58,156 nucleotides of DNA from Candidatus Yanofskybacteria bacterium (GTDB taxonomy: Bacteria > Patescibacteriota > Minisyncoccia > JACQLN01), in assembly GCA_943359335.1 (NCBI GenBank), contig CALRHC010000004.1:1-58156 (forward strand), given 5' to 3'. This document shows positions 1 through 13,295 of the stretch, piece after piece. The stretch's first letter is position 1, and each line of letters opens with the position of its first letter. Below the pieces are notes generated by a model. It saw only the letters and a program-made list of their open reading frames with translations. It ran no database searches and was not told the origin of the DNA. Made by a program: the position numbers and the translations under genes.

Positions 1-1220
1 GAGAAGTTACCAGAGATGCCGAGGTCACTCATGGATGCACCTCCTGTTACACCGAGTGAATTTAAAACTGTGGCACCACCTACTGTTAAACCACCTTCTT
101 TTATTTGTGCGCGTTGGGCGGCGATAAAGCCTGTTGCATCTATGTCGCCTTTTAATGTTAGGCGGCCAATTATGGAAGAGTTACCAATAGCTTCAAAACC
201 ATTAGAGATTGTGGCTTTACCGTTTACGTAAAGATCCTTGGCGAGAGAGACGTAGTCTGCGAATACAGAAGGTGCAGAAACAAAAAGAGAAGAAAGAATT
301 TCTGCTCCACCGCCAAGAGTTATTTTATTGCTAGTTAGGGAACCATTTTTAGTTATAAGTTCTAAATTAAAATTTGACGATGTTAAACCATCAAGAAGAT
401 CTGCGGAAAGATTTGGAACAGTTGTTTTAGAATCAATTTCTAATGGCGGTACACCTTCTGGAGCATGACTTTTTAACTGCCCTTCGGTTTCTACACTGCC
501 TTTTATAGAAATATTTCCACCTTTGTCTAAAAGCAAAATTTCGTTAGCACCTGTGCCGGGGGCTTTGCCTTGCAAGGTCATAGCGTCCCCGACAAATTCT
601 TTTACAGCGCCGTACAAAGCATCGGCAAATTTAAAGTTGAAACCTCCCAATACAAACATTAATGTAAAAATGCTAATAAAAACTGCTTTTACTTGCTGAG
701 AAATTCCTTTTCCGTAATTTACTTTTTCCCCTTTATTTTTTACATCCCATTTTGCCCTTTCGTTTATTTGAGGGAATGAAAAACCGGACATAGCTACACC
801 ATCCAAAATTTCTTTTTTTTCTGAAACTTTTTTTAAAGGGGTTAAAGGGATTGAACGGGATAAATGCGATTCGGATTTTTTATTTTGATATGCTTCCTGT
901 AATTCATCTATCTCTCTTCGAACATCTGCAGCTAAACTATCGTTATGAATATTATTTAAATTTTTAAGTGCAAACTCATTAACTAAAACTGGTCTAAAAT
1001 TCTGCACTACAGGCTTAACAAAATTATTATTAAAATTTGATCCAATAACTACTTGATGCGTAGATAAATAACTTGCCAATGATTTTTTTGAAATATACCA
1101 ATTTCTTCCAAATTTTTTACCTTCCACTTTCCCCTTTCTAACAAGCAAGCTTAAATACTCCGATGTATACGGAGTATCTTTTGAAATCTTACTTATTAAA
1201 ATATATTCGCCTTTTTCCAT
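1..1220 (-). CDS. Partial (runs off the left edge) large membrane/surface protein: N-terminal HTH_17/excisionase-like domain, a TM helix, then tail-fibre-like Gly/beta repeats
   Basis: Not in the ORF track. Manual translation from ATG at 1220 gives MEKGEYILISKISKDTPYTSEYLSLLVRKGKVEGKKFGRNWYIS; a hydrophobic stretch lies near 650-690; later PPLEIDSKTTVPNLSADLLDG; the frame is still open at the edge (SLGVTGGASMSDLGISGNF). Confidence 0.8.
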   Translation of the reverse strand, partial: MEKGEYILISKISKDTPYTSEYLSLLVRKGKVEGKKFGRNWYISKKSLASYLSTHQVVIGSNFNNNFVKPVVQNFRPVLVNEFALKNLNNIHNDSLAADVRREIDELQEAYQNKKSESHLSRSIPLTPLKKVSEKKEILDGVAMSGFSFPQINERAKWDVKNKGEKVNYGKGISQQVKAVFISIFTLMFVLGGFNFKFADALYGAVKEFVGDAMTLQGKAPGTGANEILLLDKGGNISIKGSVETEGQLKSHAPEGVPPLEIDSKTTVPNLSADLLDGLTSSNFNLELITKNGSLTSNKITLGGGAEILSSLFVSAPSVFADYVSLAKDLYVNGKATISNGFEAIGNSSIIGRLTLKGDIDATGFIAAQRAQIKEGGLTVGGATVLNSLGVTGGASMSDLGISGNF

Positions 1221-1664
1221 TTGGTAATCTTGCACAATTACGTCGAGTAAAAACAAAAACCCTGCCCCCGCTTTCGCGGGAACAGGGTGCTTAGTTATAT
1301 ACATATCCGATAGGGTTATCGGATATATAAATTATAGCATTTTTACTACATAACAACAGGTTAAATGGGGATAACCAAAACCCTAATTTGAAGAGTGATT
1401 TTGGAATAAACAAAGCACAAGAAACAAACTACAAATAGCAAGACACTTTATAACCAATTTGAGACTTGGAAAAATTTTAAAGTTTAGACTTTTAACTATA
1501 ATTTTGGGCATTATTTTTTAATATTTTGTGTTTTGTTTGTAATTTGGAATTTGTGTTTTATAACCTATTACATGTGCACAACTTTGCCCTTGCTATATTT
1601 TTTTTATAAACATAAAATTAGAATACATTGATATAAAAAGTTTAGTAAACATTAATATACATAT

Positions 1665-1889
1665 ATGTCATTTGGACGAAAATATTTAAGTATTAAGCAA
1701 GCGGCAGCTGTTATAGGTGTTACGCCTTTAACACTTCGTAATTGGGATAGAGACGGCAAACTTAGCCCGTATCGTAACCCAATAAATAACTATCGCTATT
1801 ACAGGGTAGACCAAATAGAGGCCTTCTTGAGAGCCATGGAAGGCTCTAGAGATAAAGCAAACAGAAGAACTAGGTTTATGGATATCTAA
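1665..1889 (+). CDS. Small MerR-family HTH DNA-binding protein
   Basis: LSIKQAAAVIGVTPLTLRNWDRDGKL...RNPINNYRYY is a MerR/IS607-type HTH motif; 74 aa with no catalytic domain. Confidence 0.85.
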   Translation: MSFGRKYLSIKQAAAVIGVTPLTLRNWDRDGKLSPYRNPINNYRYYRVDQIEAFLRAMEGSRDKANRRTRFMDI

Positions 1890-1922
1890 CTTAAAAATCC
1901 CCGTAATGGGGATTTTTAAGTT
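1888..1922. terminator. Bidirectional intrinsic terminator
   Basis: aacttaaaaatcccc-gtaat-ggggatttttaagtt inverted repeat between convergent units. Confidence 0.8.
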
Positions 1923-2017
1923 TATGCTCTAAGAACTAAGCCCTAAATCCTAATTAAAAAAATTATTATAATTTGTTTTAGATTTAGTATTTAGAACTTA
2001 GAATTTTTATTACTATG

Positions 2018-2088
2018 TGGGCGATACAAGAATCGAACTTGTATCTCTGCAATGTGAATGCAATGTTTTACCACTAAACTAATCGCCC
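2018..2088 (-). tRNA. tRNA-Val(CAC)
   Basis: Reverse complement GGGCGATTAGTTTAGTGGTAAAA...TTGCA-TT-CAC-AT-TGCAG...GTTCGATTC...ATCGCCCA folds as a cloverleaf. Confidence 0.9.
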
Positions 2089-2103
2089 AATTAAAAATAA
2101 AAA

Positions 2104-2818
2104 CTAATTTTTTATTTTTAATTTATCTATAACTTTTCTGTGAGGATATTCTAAAATATCGTGAACAAACCTATCGAACATTCCGTAACGATATTTAAAT
2201 TCATCCGTACCTAAAATTACATATCGTAATTCTATACCAATTTCTTCTTCTACTAATTTTATAAAGCTAATAAACTTTTTAAAATCTATATCGTCCCCTA
2301 CCACCATAATATCTGCTCGTGCATTTGGTATATTTAAAAACACACCGGTTATTACACCCAACCTTATCTTCCCTATTTTGGTTAAACCTTTTTCAATTCT
2401 AGGAAAGGACGGTGGCGATATTTTTAAAACCAAATTCTTAAGTTCATCTAAATAACTCCACTCCTGATTGAGTTGATAATACCTTTCATGTACAAGAACC
2501 TTAGGTTTAATCTTTCTAACTTTTTTAGTTAAAACCCTTGGTTTATTTTTTTTTACTTTCTTATTCTTATTTTTCCCTGCAGTAAAATTTCTAATTATTT
2601 TTTTTGATTTTCCTGTTACCATTGCCGTTTATTTTTTTAAGAATGCCGGATCTAATAAAAAAAATAATAATTTTCTCTAACTCTTTGTTTTTTATATTAA
2701 CCCTTTTAGCTATATCGCTGGTAGATAATATAAGTTGTGGGTGCTGCAAAAACAACTTCAAAACTTTGGCTTTTACACCAAATAACTGCTCCAACACATT
2801 GTTATTATTTAATCCCAT
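2104..2818 (-). pseudogene. Frameshifted or split gene: wHTH N-terminus (2591-2818) plus nucleotidyltransferase-like C-terminus (2104-2622)
   Basis: Two overlapping ORFs (LEQLFGVKAKVLKLFL...; GKIRLGVITGVF...ADIMVVGD) that join if one A is removed from the A8 run at 2598-2605. Confidence 0.6.
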
Positions 2819-2902
2819 TTTAACCTTTGAATTTGCATACAGTATAGCAACATAGGTGGCATTGTAAAGTTAAGTAAATTACGCCTATAATACTTTATAC
2901 AT

Positions 2903-4792
2903 ATGAAAGACTCTCTCTTCCATCCAGAAGAACTAACCATACAAGATAAATCCCCTATTGGTTCTAGCTATGCCGAAACTTTTGTTTTTGTGCCTTCGAA
3001 TAAAAACGAGGCAACTTTGGGCAGTTTATTTATAGTAACAGAAGCTTCGTCTAATAAAACAAAAAAAGAAAATGCCGAACTTACGAGCGAAGTAGCCTCT
3101 GTAATTAAGAATGAATTTTACCAAAACACACTGGTGACCCCAATGTCTGCTCTAAAATTTTCTTTAAAAAGAGTTAATAGTCTTTTAAACAGCAAGAAAA
3201 ATTGGCTAACACCGTCATCGGCTTTAAAGCTCAAAATTTTAATAGCTTCCTTAAAAGAAAACAAACTCCACATAGCCAGAATGGGAGATTCTACGGCTTT
3301 TTTGTTAAGAGATAGTTCACTTCAAACAATAGCGATGCTTCCTAGTTCTCAAAACCAAAACCCTTTATCTTTCGAAAATATAATTAGTGGCGAACTTTTA
3401 CCCGACGATCATATTCTTTTGGCTACTAACCAAATTTATAAAATAGACGAAAAAGAAATTTTAAAAAACCTTCAAGAAAAAAAGATGGTGAGCCATTTAT
3501 CGAAAACCGATAATGGCATTAAAAGCCTTGCGCTTATATGCATCTATCCCGTTAAAAACAACTCACCTCAAAAGACCTTCGGGCGCCCTAGCGCGAGCGT
3601 TGTTTCTAACGTAATTAAGCCCTCTCTTGTATCTATACACAACGAGGCCAATATTCCTGATTACACCACACCAGCAAAAAATAGGAGTAAATTTTTTAAG
3701 ATTGGAATTATTGTTACCATTTTATTAATTGCTATTTCTGTAATAACTTTTACTTCTCTTAAAATAAGAAACGAAACATCCCAAAACAAAAAAGAATCTG
3801 AACAATTGTTACAAGAAGTTTCCGACATAAAAAATAAGATAAACGATTTAATAGCTACTAATAACGAAACCGAAGCTAACGAACTTTTGTTTTCGGCACA
3901 AGAAAAATTAAAACGCCTAGAAGAACTTGGTTACTTTAAAACAACCCGCTCTACACTTAGTGACGACTTAGAAAAAATATACAAAGAAATTAGCAAAGCC
4001 GAAACAATAAATAAAATAAATAAAATTTTTGATCTGGAAAATAATTCTGTTGGTTTTGAACCAGAAAAAATAACGCTGGGTAAAAATAAAATATTTGTTT
4101 TAGGTGGTAAAAACTTTTATAAATTTGATTTTAACAAGGCCGATGGCGTGTTCGATTCTGTAGAAGAAGGCAGTAAACTTGTGTCTTCCCTATTAAAACC
4201 AGGAAACCCTAATTCTCAAATATTAATAACCGAAGATAAAATAATAGAAGAACTTGGCGATTCCCAAGATAAAATTTATTGGGTACGCCCAGAAAATATT
4301 CCTGCCATAAAAGATGCCTCTTTTTATGCTAATGCTATTTACTTATTAAACGAGGATGGCTTTATTTATAAAATGCCGTTTACATTATCGTCTTCCACTC
4401 CAACGGTAAATGCTGGAGCCGAAAACCTAGTTTTTGACGAAGCCAAGGTATGGACCAAAAAAGAAGAAGGTAAATTAGAATCTTTTTCTATAGAAGGTTC
4501 CGTTTTTGGTTTAACAGATTCAAACACCTTAGCCGAACTTACTAATGGCGAAGTTAAAAACAAAAAGAATTTTTCCGAAAATATAAACCAAGTATTTACT
4601 TCCGTTTCTTATAAAAATATATATTTATTTAGCCCAGATAACGGACTTGTTATTATTCTAGATAAAAATTTAAATATTAAAAAAAGACTTAGCCATAATG
4701 AACTTATTGGAGCTAAGTCTTTTTTTGTTAATTCTCAAGAAAGAATAATCTATTTCCTTAAAAATAAAACTGTATTTTCCTTCGAAATATAA
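2903..4792 (+). CDS. Membrane protein: degenerate PP2C-like N-terminal domain, TM helix, coiled coil and beta-rich (propeller-like) C-terminus
   Basis: LHIARMGDSTAFLLR and DDHILLAT motifs; TM IGIIVTILLIAISVITF; 629 aa. Confidence 0.6.
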   Translation: MKDSLFHPEELTIQDKSPIGSSYAETFVFVPSNKNEATLGSLFIVTEASSNKTKKENAELTSEVASVIKNEFYQNTLVTPMSALKFSLKRVNSLLNSKKNWLTPSSALKLKILIASLKENKLHIARMGDSTAFLLRDSSLQTIAMLPSSQNQNPLSFENIISGELLPDDHILLATNQIYKIDEKEILKNLQEKKMVSHLSKTDNGIKSLALICIYPVKNNSPQKTFGRPSASVVSNVIKPSLVSIHNEANIPDYTTPAKNRSKFFKIGIIVTILLIAISVITFTSLKIRNETSQNKKESEQLLQEVSDIKNKINDLIATNNETEANELLFSAQEKLKRLEELGYFKTTRSTLSDDLEKIYKEISKAETINKINKIFDLENNSVGFEPEKITLGKNKIFVLGGKNFYKFDFNKADGVFDSVEEGSKLVSSLLKPGNPNSQILITEDKIIEELGDSQDKIYWVRPENIPAIKDASFYANAIYLLNEDGFIYKMPFTLSSSTPTVNAGAENLVFDEAKVWTKKEEGKLESFSIEGSVFGLTDSNTLAELTNGEVKNKKNFSENINQVFTSVSYKNIYLFSPDNGLVIILDKNLNIKKRLSHNELIGAKSFFVNSQERIIYFLKNKTVFSFEI

Positions 4793-4898
4793 ATTACAAA
4801 ACACAATAAACAAATTACAAACAATATACAAAATATAATAAACAAATTTTATATCTTGCGTATTGTGCTTTGTTTGTAATTTAAGATTTGGTTATTGT

Positions 4899-5309
4899 TT
4901 ATTTTACTTCTGCCTTAGCACCAGCCTCTTCTAACTTCTTCTTCATTTCTTCGGCCTCGGCTTTAGCAACACCTGTCTTTATAACCTTAGGAGCGCCATC
5001 AACTAAGTCTTTGGCTTCCTTAAGACCAAGGCTTGTAAGTTCACGCACTACCTTAATGACTGCAATTTTTTGAGCACCAGCTTCTTTTAATTCAACATCG
5101 AAAGTTGATTTTTCTTCTGCTTGTGCGGCACCACCTTGAGCACCTGCACCCGACATCATAACTGGAGCTGCAGCGGAAACACCGAATTTAACTTCTAAAA
5201 CTTTAACTAATTCGGCTAATTCCATTACATTCATTTTTTCTACAGTTTCTACTAAGCTTTTAAACTTTGCAGGAACTTCTATATTGTTGTTGTTGTTTGT
5301 TTCTTCCAT
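4899..5309 (-). CDS. rplL: 50S ribosomal protein L7/L12
   Basis: [10 protein letters not shown]...[27 protein letters not shown]. Confidence 0.98.
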   Translation of the reverse strand: MEETNNNNNIEVPAKFKSLVETVEKMNVMELAELVKVLEVKFGVSAAAPVMMSGAGAQGGAAQAEEKSTFDVELKEAGAQKIAVIKVVRELTSLGLKEAKDLVDGAPKVIKTGVAKAEAEEMKKKLEEAGAKAEVK

Positions 5310-5324
5310 ATTTTTTATTTATTT

Positions 5325-5822
5325 TTATATGACCTTTTCTTTTTTACTAATTCCATCTAATACTCTCGCAAAACCACTTACCGGCGACATAAATAACTGT
5401 ACAACTTGTGCCAATAAAACTTCTCTGGATGGTAACTGTGCTAAAGCCACAACAGCATTCTTTAACATCTTTTCTCCCATAAGGAACCCACCCAATATTG
5501 CCAATTTCTTTGTCTGTACAGAAAACTTATGAACGATTTTTGCCATAACTGCATCCGATTCATTAGAGGAGTAAACTATTGCAACTGAATTTTTATGATC
5601 CGATAAATCCATTTCTTCTCTACCTGATTTCTTAAAAGCAAAACCTAAAAGAGATTTTTTAAGTGCCTTAAACTTTATACTTTCTTTTTTAAGTTCTTTT
5701 TTTAAACCTATAATTTCTCCCATATTTAAACCCGAGAAATCAACAAAAAGAATACTAGGATTATTTTTTAATATATCGGACAACTCTTCTACTAACTTTA
5801 TTTTTTGGTCTTTTGTTAACAT
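5325..5822 (-). CDS. rplJ: 50S ribosomal protein L10
   Basis: VDFSGL...KKSLL...LAQLPSREVLLAQ; directly upstream of rplL. Confidence 0.95.
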   Translation of the reverse strand: MLTKDQKIKLVEELSDILKNNPSILFVDFSGLNMGEIIGLKKELKKESIKFKALKKSLLGFAFKKSGREEMDLSDHKNSVAIVYSSNESDAVMAKIVHKFSVQTKKLAILGGFLMGEKMLKNAVVALAQLPSREVLLAQVVQLFMSPVSGFARVLDGISKKEKVI

Positions 5823-5920
5823 AAAATGTCTGTGGTATTTCCACAGACATTTTACACATCACATAGGATGTTGAGGTTTTCCTCGGTAGGACTTATATGA
5901 ACGCCTACTGTCTGTGGATC
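5823..5920 (-). promoter_or_regulatory. L10 leader (ribosomal protein autoregulatory RNA)
   Basis: Reverse complement CCACAGACAGTAGGCG...TCCTACCGAGG matches the L10-leader pattern, followed by the hairpin AAAATGTCTGTGG/CCACAGACATTTT just before the rplJ start. Confidence 0.75.
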
Positions 5921-6071
5921 TCACTATTTAATTGTGATAATACACTAACATAAGGGGCTAAAGGGTGTAAAGGGTCAACTTGACCAGCTTTTAGCTTCCC
6001 TAGCTTATTTAGCTTTTAGGAATTCCTCCTTAACTAGCTAACGAAGCTGAAAACTAATGAAGCTGATCCAG

Positions 6072-9000
6072 CTATTCTCTAAACCCTGTTCCTGCTGGTA
6101 TCAATCGGCCTACTATAACATTCTCTTTCAATCCTCTTAAACCATCTTCTTTAGCTTCGATAGCGGCATTAATTAAACTACGAGCTGTTTCTTGGAACGA
6201 AGCGGCGGAAAGGAAGCTTTCAGTGGTTAACGATACCTTGGTTATACCTAATAACAACTGTTCATAGGTAGCTTTTTTGCCCTTTTTGTCCAACTTAGCG
6301 TTTTCCGACCAAACCTGCCATTTTTCGGAAACTTCACCTGGTAATAGTTTTGTATCCCCTGGATCAGAGATTCTTACACGCGATAACATCTGGCGAGCAA
6401 TAACTTCTAAATATTTTTCGTTAATTGAAGCGCCTTGTGTAACATAAATAGTTTCAACTTCTTTTACAATATAACGTTCTACTGCTTCTTGCCCAGCAAA
6501 AGCAAATAAATCTTGTAAGTTTAAATTACCTTCCGAAATTTGTGAGCCTTTAGCAATTAGATCTCCCTTCTCAACAAACACGCTTACATTTACAGGTAAA
6601 CTATATTCTTTAATATCGTCTTTACCAGATTTTGTTTCAACTCTAATTTTAATTATTTTTTGATTACCTTGAGAAATAACTTCTTCCACCTTGCCGTCGA
6701 ATTCAGAAATTATGGCTTGTCCTTTTGGTGGGCGTACTTCGAAAACTTCTTCTACACGAGGTAAACCTTGTGTAATGTCGGAAACTCCAGCCACACCTCC
6801 AATATGGAAAGTTCTCATTGTAAGCTGTGTACCTGGTTCACCAATAGCTTGAGCAGTAACAATACCAACAGCTTCACCCATTTTAACCAAAGAGTTAGAA
6901 CCTAAATCATAACCAAAACATCTGGCGCAGATTCCTTTTATACTCTTACATCTCATTACTGAACGTAACTTCATTTTCTTAATTTCAGAATCATCGATAG
7001 CTTTAGCTTGATCACGGTTAACAAGTTCACCTTTTTTAACCATTACTTTACCGTTAGTATCCTTAATATCTTCGGCTACAGCACGACCCAAAGCTCTCTC
7101 ACCCAAAGTCATCTTAATTTCATCACCATCTTCTTTATATTTAATTACGCCTTCGGTATCACCACAATCATCTTCACGAACAACAACATCTTGAGCTACG
7201 TCTACCAAACGTCGAGTTAAGTAACCAGCAGCGGCTGTTTTTAAAGCTGTGTCGGTTGTACCTTTTCTAGCACCGTGCGTAGAAATAAAGTATTCCAAAA
7301 CATTAAAACCTTCTTTAAAAGATGGAATAATAGGAAGTTCGATCGTGGCACCAGCAGGGTTAATAACGACACCTTTCATACCAGCCATCTGAGTTAACTG
7401 GCTAATATTACCGCGGGATCCAGAATCAAAAATCATAAATACTGGGTTAGCTTTATGCATTGTTGGTGGAACCAACTTTGCAATTTGTTCTTTGGTTTTG
7501 TGCCAAACAGAAATAGATTTTGATTTTCTTTCTTCCAAAGTTAAAAGACCATGCATATAGTGTTCACGAATCTTTTCTACTTCTTTCATGGCAAAAGCAA
7601 TAATTTTAGGTTTTTCTTCTGGAACTATAATATCGTTCATGCCCCAAGAAATTCCACTGCGTGTTGAATAATCAAAACCAAGATCTTTAATATCATCTAA
7701 CATCTTAACAACTTCTGGTTGAGGAAAATTCTGAATAACCTCGCTGGTTAGTTTAACCAACTTTTTACGGTTCATTGTTTCGTTAATATAAGGAACTTCT
7801 TTTGGTAAAATTTTATTAAACAAAATTCTACCAATAGAGGTTTCTATAAATTCCCCACCAGATTTTTCAAACCTAACTTTAATTTTTGCTCTTAGGTCTA
7901 CTTCATCAAAATCATAGGCTAAAATTGCTTCGTTAACCGAACCAAACATTTTACCCGCGCCTTTCAAACTCTTTTCTTCGTCTTTTTCTACCTCCGAAGT
8001 CATCCAGTAAATTCCAAGAACCATATCTTTTTGAGGATCCACAATGGCTTCGCCTGTAGAAGGTTTTAATAAATTTTTGGAAGATAACATTATTTCCTTA
8101 GCTTCTTTTTGAGCTATATCGGAAAGTGGCAAGTGTACGGCCATTTGGTCGCCGTCAAAGTCGGCGTTAAAAGCCTGACAAACCAAAGGATGAACTTGAA
8201 TAGCCGAACCTTCTATTAGTATTGGTTGAAAAGCCTGAATACCCAAGCGATGCAATGTTGGAGCACGGTTAAGCAAAATAACTTTATCGGCAATAGCTTC
8301 TTCTAAAGCTTCCCAAACAATATCCACTTCTTCTTCTATTAAACGCGAAGCGTTTCTAATATTAGAAGCAACTTCCTTTTGGTAAATAAGTTTATGAATA
8401 ACGAAAGGTTTAAAAATCTCTAAAGCCATTCTTTTTGGTAATCCAGCTTGATGCAATTTCAAACCAGGACCCACCACAATAACCGAACGTCCAGAATAAT
8501 CCACGCGCTTACCCAAAAGGTTTTGGCGGAATCGGCCTTGTTTGCCTTTCAACATATCGGCCAAAGATTTTAGAGCACGTTTACCACCACCAGCTGTTGT
8601 AGCCGTAGGTTCACTACCTCGATGCGCAGAATTATCGATTAAAGCATCAACCGCTTCCTGCAACATTCTTTTTTCGTTCCTAACAATAACTTCTGGAGAT
8701 TTAAGATCTATAAGTTTCTTTAAACGATTGTTTCTGTTAATAACACGTCGGTAAAGATCGTTAACATCGCTCGTTGCATATCTGCCTCCATCTAACGGAA
8801 CCATCGGACGTAAATCTGGTGGAATAACAGGCAGAACTGTAATAAACATCCATTCTGGTCGAAGTTTATTTCTAACCAAAGATTCAACCAATCTTAATCG
8901 GCGCAACATTTTTTTCTTGTCGCCAGTTTCTTCTATATTACCTAATTTTTTTACAACCTCATCTCTTAACGCTTCTAAATCCATCTGGGTAAAGATCCTT

Positions 9001-9668
9001 CTAACAGCTTCTGCGCCAATATCAGCTTTAAAAACTTCGCCATATTTTAACGAAAGATCATAATATTGAGCTTCCGAAATAACTTGGAATTTTTTAATTT
9101 TATTTAGTTCGTCTACAGCTGTATCACGCAAAGATTTAAGTTCGCGTTGGCCACCTTTTGTGGTTTGAAGTTTTAATTTAGTTTTATATTCTTTTTCTAT
9201 TTCAGACAAAACACTTAGTCGTGCTTCTTCGTCTACTTCTATTATTATATATGCCGCAAAGTAAATTACTTTTTCTAGTTCCTGAACACCAAGATTTAAT
9301 AAAAGCCCCATTTTAGATGGCAAGCCACGCAAAAACCAAATATGGCTAACCGGAGCTGCCAAAGTTATATGCCCCATTCTTTCACGTCTAACAATAGCGC
9401 GAGTTACTTCTACTCCGCACTTATCGCAAACAATCCCTTTATATCTTATACGACGATATTTACCACAATAACATTCCCAATCTTTGGTAGGTCCAAAAAT
9501 TGCCTCGGAAAACAAACCTTCTTTTTCTGGTTTTTGAGTTCGGTAATTTATGGTTTCTGGTTTTATTACTTCACCATAAGACCAGTCTAAAATATCGTCG
9601 GGCGAAGCCAAACGTATTCTTATAGCTTTAAAATCTTTTAAATTTGGGGGAATACTTGTTTTAGGCAT
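6072..9668 (-). CDS. rpoC: RNA polymerase beta' subunit
   Basis: NADFDGDQMAVH catalytic motif, Zn-finger cysteines. Confidence 0.99.
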   Translation of the reverse strand: MPKTSIPPNLKDFKAIRIRLASPDDILDWSYGEVIKPETINYRTQKPEKEGLFSEAIFGPTKDWECYCGKYRRIRYKGIVCDKCGVEVTRAIVRRERMGHITLAAPVSHIWFLRGLPSKMGLLLNLGVQELEKVIYFAAYIIIEVDEEARLSVLSEIEKEYKTKLKLQTTKGGQRELKSLRDTAVDELNKIKKFQVISEAQYYDLSLKYGEVFKADIGAEAVRRIFTQMDLEALRDEVVKKLGNIEETGDKKKMLRRLRLVESLVRNKLRPEWMFITVLPVIPPDLRPMVPLDGGRYATSDVNDLYRRVINRNNRLKKLIDLKSPEVIVRNEKRMLQEAVDALIDNSAHRGSEPTATTAGGGKRALKSLADMLKGKQGRFRQNLLGKRVDYSGRSVIVVGPGLKLHQAGLPKRMALEIFKPFVIHKLIYQKEVASNIRNASRLIEEEVDIVWEALEEAIADKVILLNRAPTLHRLGIQAFQPILIEGSAIQVHPLVCQAFNADFDGDQMAVHLPLSDIAQKEAKEIMLSSKNLLKPSTGEAIVDPQKDMVLGIYWMTSEVEKDEEKSLKGAGKMFGSVNEAILAYDFDEVDLRAKIKVRFEKSGGEFIETSIGRILFNKILPKEVPYINETMNRKKLVKLTSEVIQNFPQPEVVKMLDDIKDLGFDYSTRSGISWGMNDIIVPEEKPKIIAFAMKEVEKIREHYMHGLLTLEERKSKSISVWHKTKEQIAKLVPPTMHKANPVFMIFDSGSRGNISQLTQMAGMKGVVINPAGATIELPIIPSFKEGFNVLEYFISTHGARKGTTDTALKTAAAGYLTRRLVDVAQDVVVREDDCGDTEGVIKYKEDGDEIKMTLGERALGRAVAEDIKDTNGKVMVKKGELVNRDQAKAIDDSEIKKMKLRSVMRCKSIKGICARCFGYDLGSNSLVKMGEAVGIVTAQAIGEPGTQLTMRTFHIGGVAGVSDITQGLPRVEEVFEVRPPKGQAIISEFDGKVEEVISQGNQKIIKIRVETKSGKDDIKEYSLPVNVSVFVEKGDLIAKGSQISEGNLNLQDLFAFAGQEAVERYIVKEVETIYVTQGASINEKYLEVIARQMLSRVRISDPGDTKLLPGEVSEKWQVWSENAKLDKKGKKATYEQLLLGITKVSLTTESFLSAASFQETARSLINAAIEAKEDGLRGLKENVIVGRLIPAGTGFRE

Positions 9669-9686
9669 TTGTTAGCTTTTAGCTTT

Positions 9687-9724
9687 TAGCCCAGTAACGT
9701 ACATTCGTATGCGTTACTGGGCTA
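9687..9724. repeat. Palindromic repeat, copy 1 (copy 2 at 48898-48932)
   Basis: tagcccagtaacgtac-attc-gtatgcgttactgggcta. Confidence 0.8.
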
Positions 9725-9736
9725 GTGAAGCTAATT

Positions 9737-13054
<3,318 letters not shown>

Positions 13055-13295
13055 AAATAATTTTTTGTCCGCTAGGACCTATTTATAAAACCAAAAAACA
13101 GACACAAAAACCCCTTCACCCATTGGGTTTATCAAGGTGTGTCTATTAACACTCTCTGCTTTTTGACGCGAGAGCTGAATATTTCATTTATATTTCTCCC
13201 CTACAGTTTTTATACTGCAGGTACTTTGATGCCTTGCGATTAATTCGCAAAACTCCCAAGATTCATTGTCAATTACAGTATAATCTGTAAGCTAC

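Noticed and set aside
16-231. 71-aa plus-strand ORF and other short antisense ORFs inside core genes
   Set aside because: Shadows of real genes on the opposite strand.
1665-1889. IS607 transposase
   Set aside because: Only the HTH is present; there is no serine recombinase domain or tnpB.
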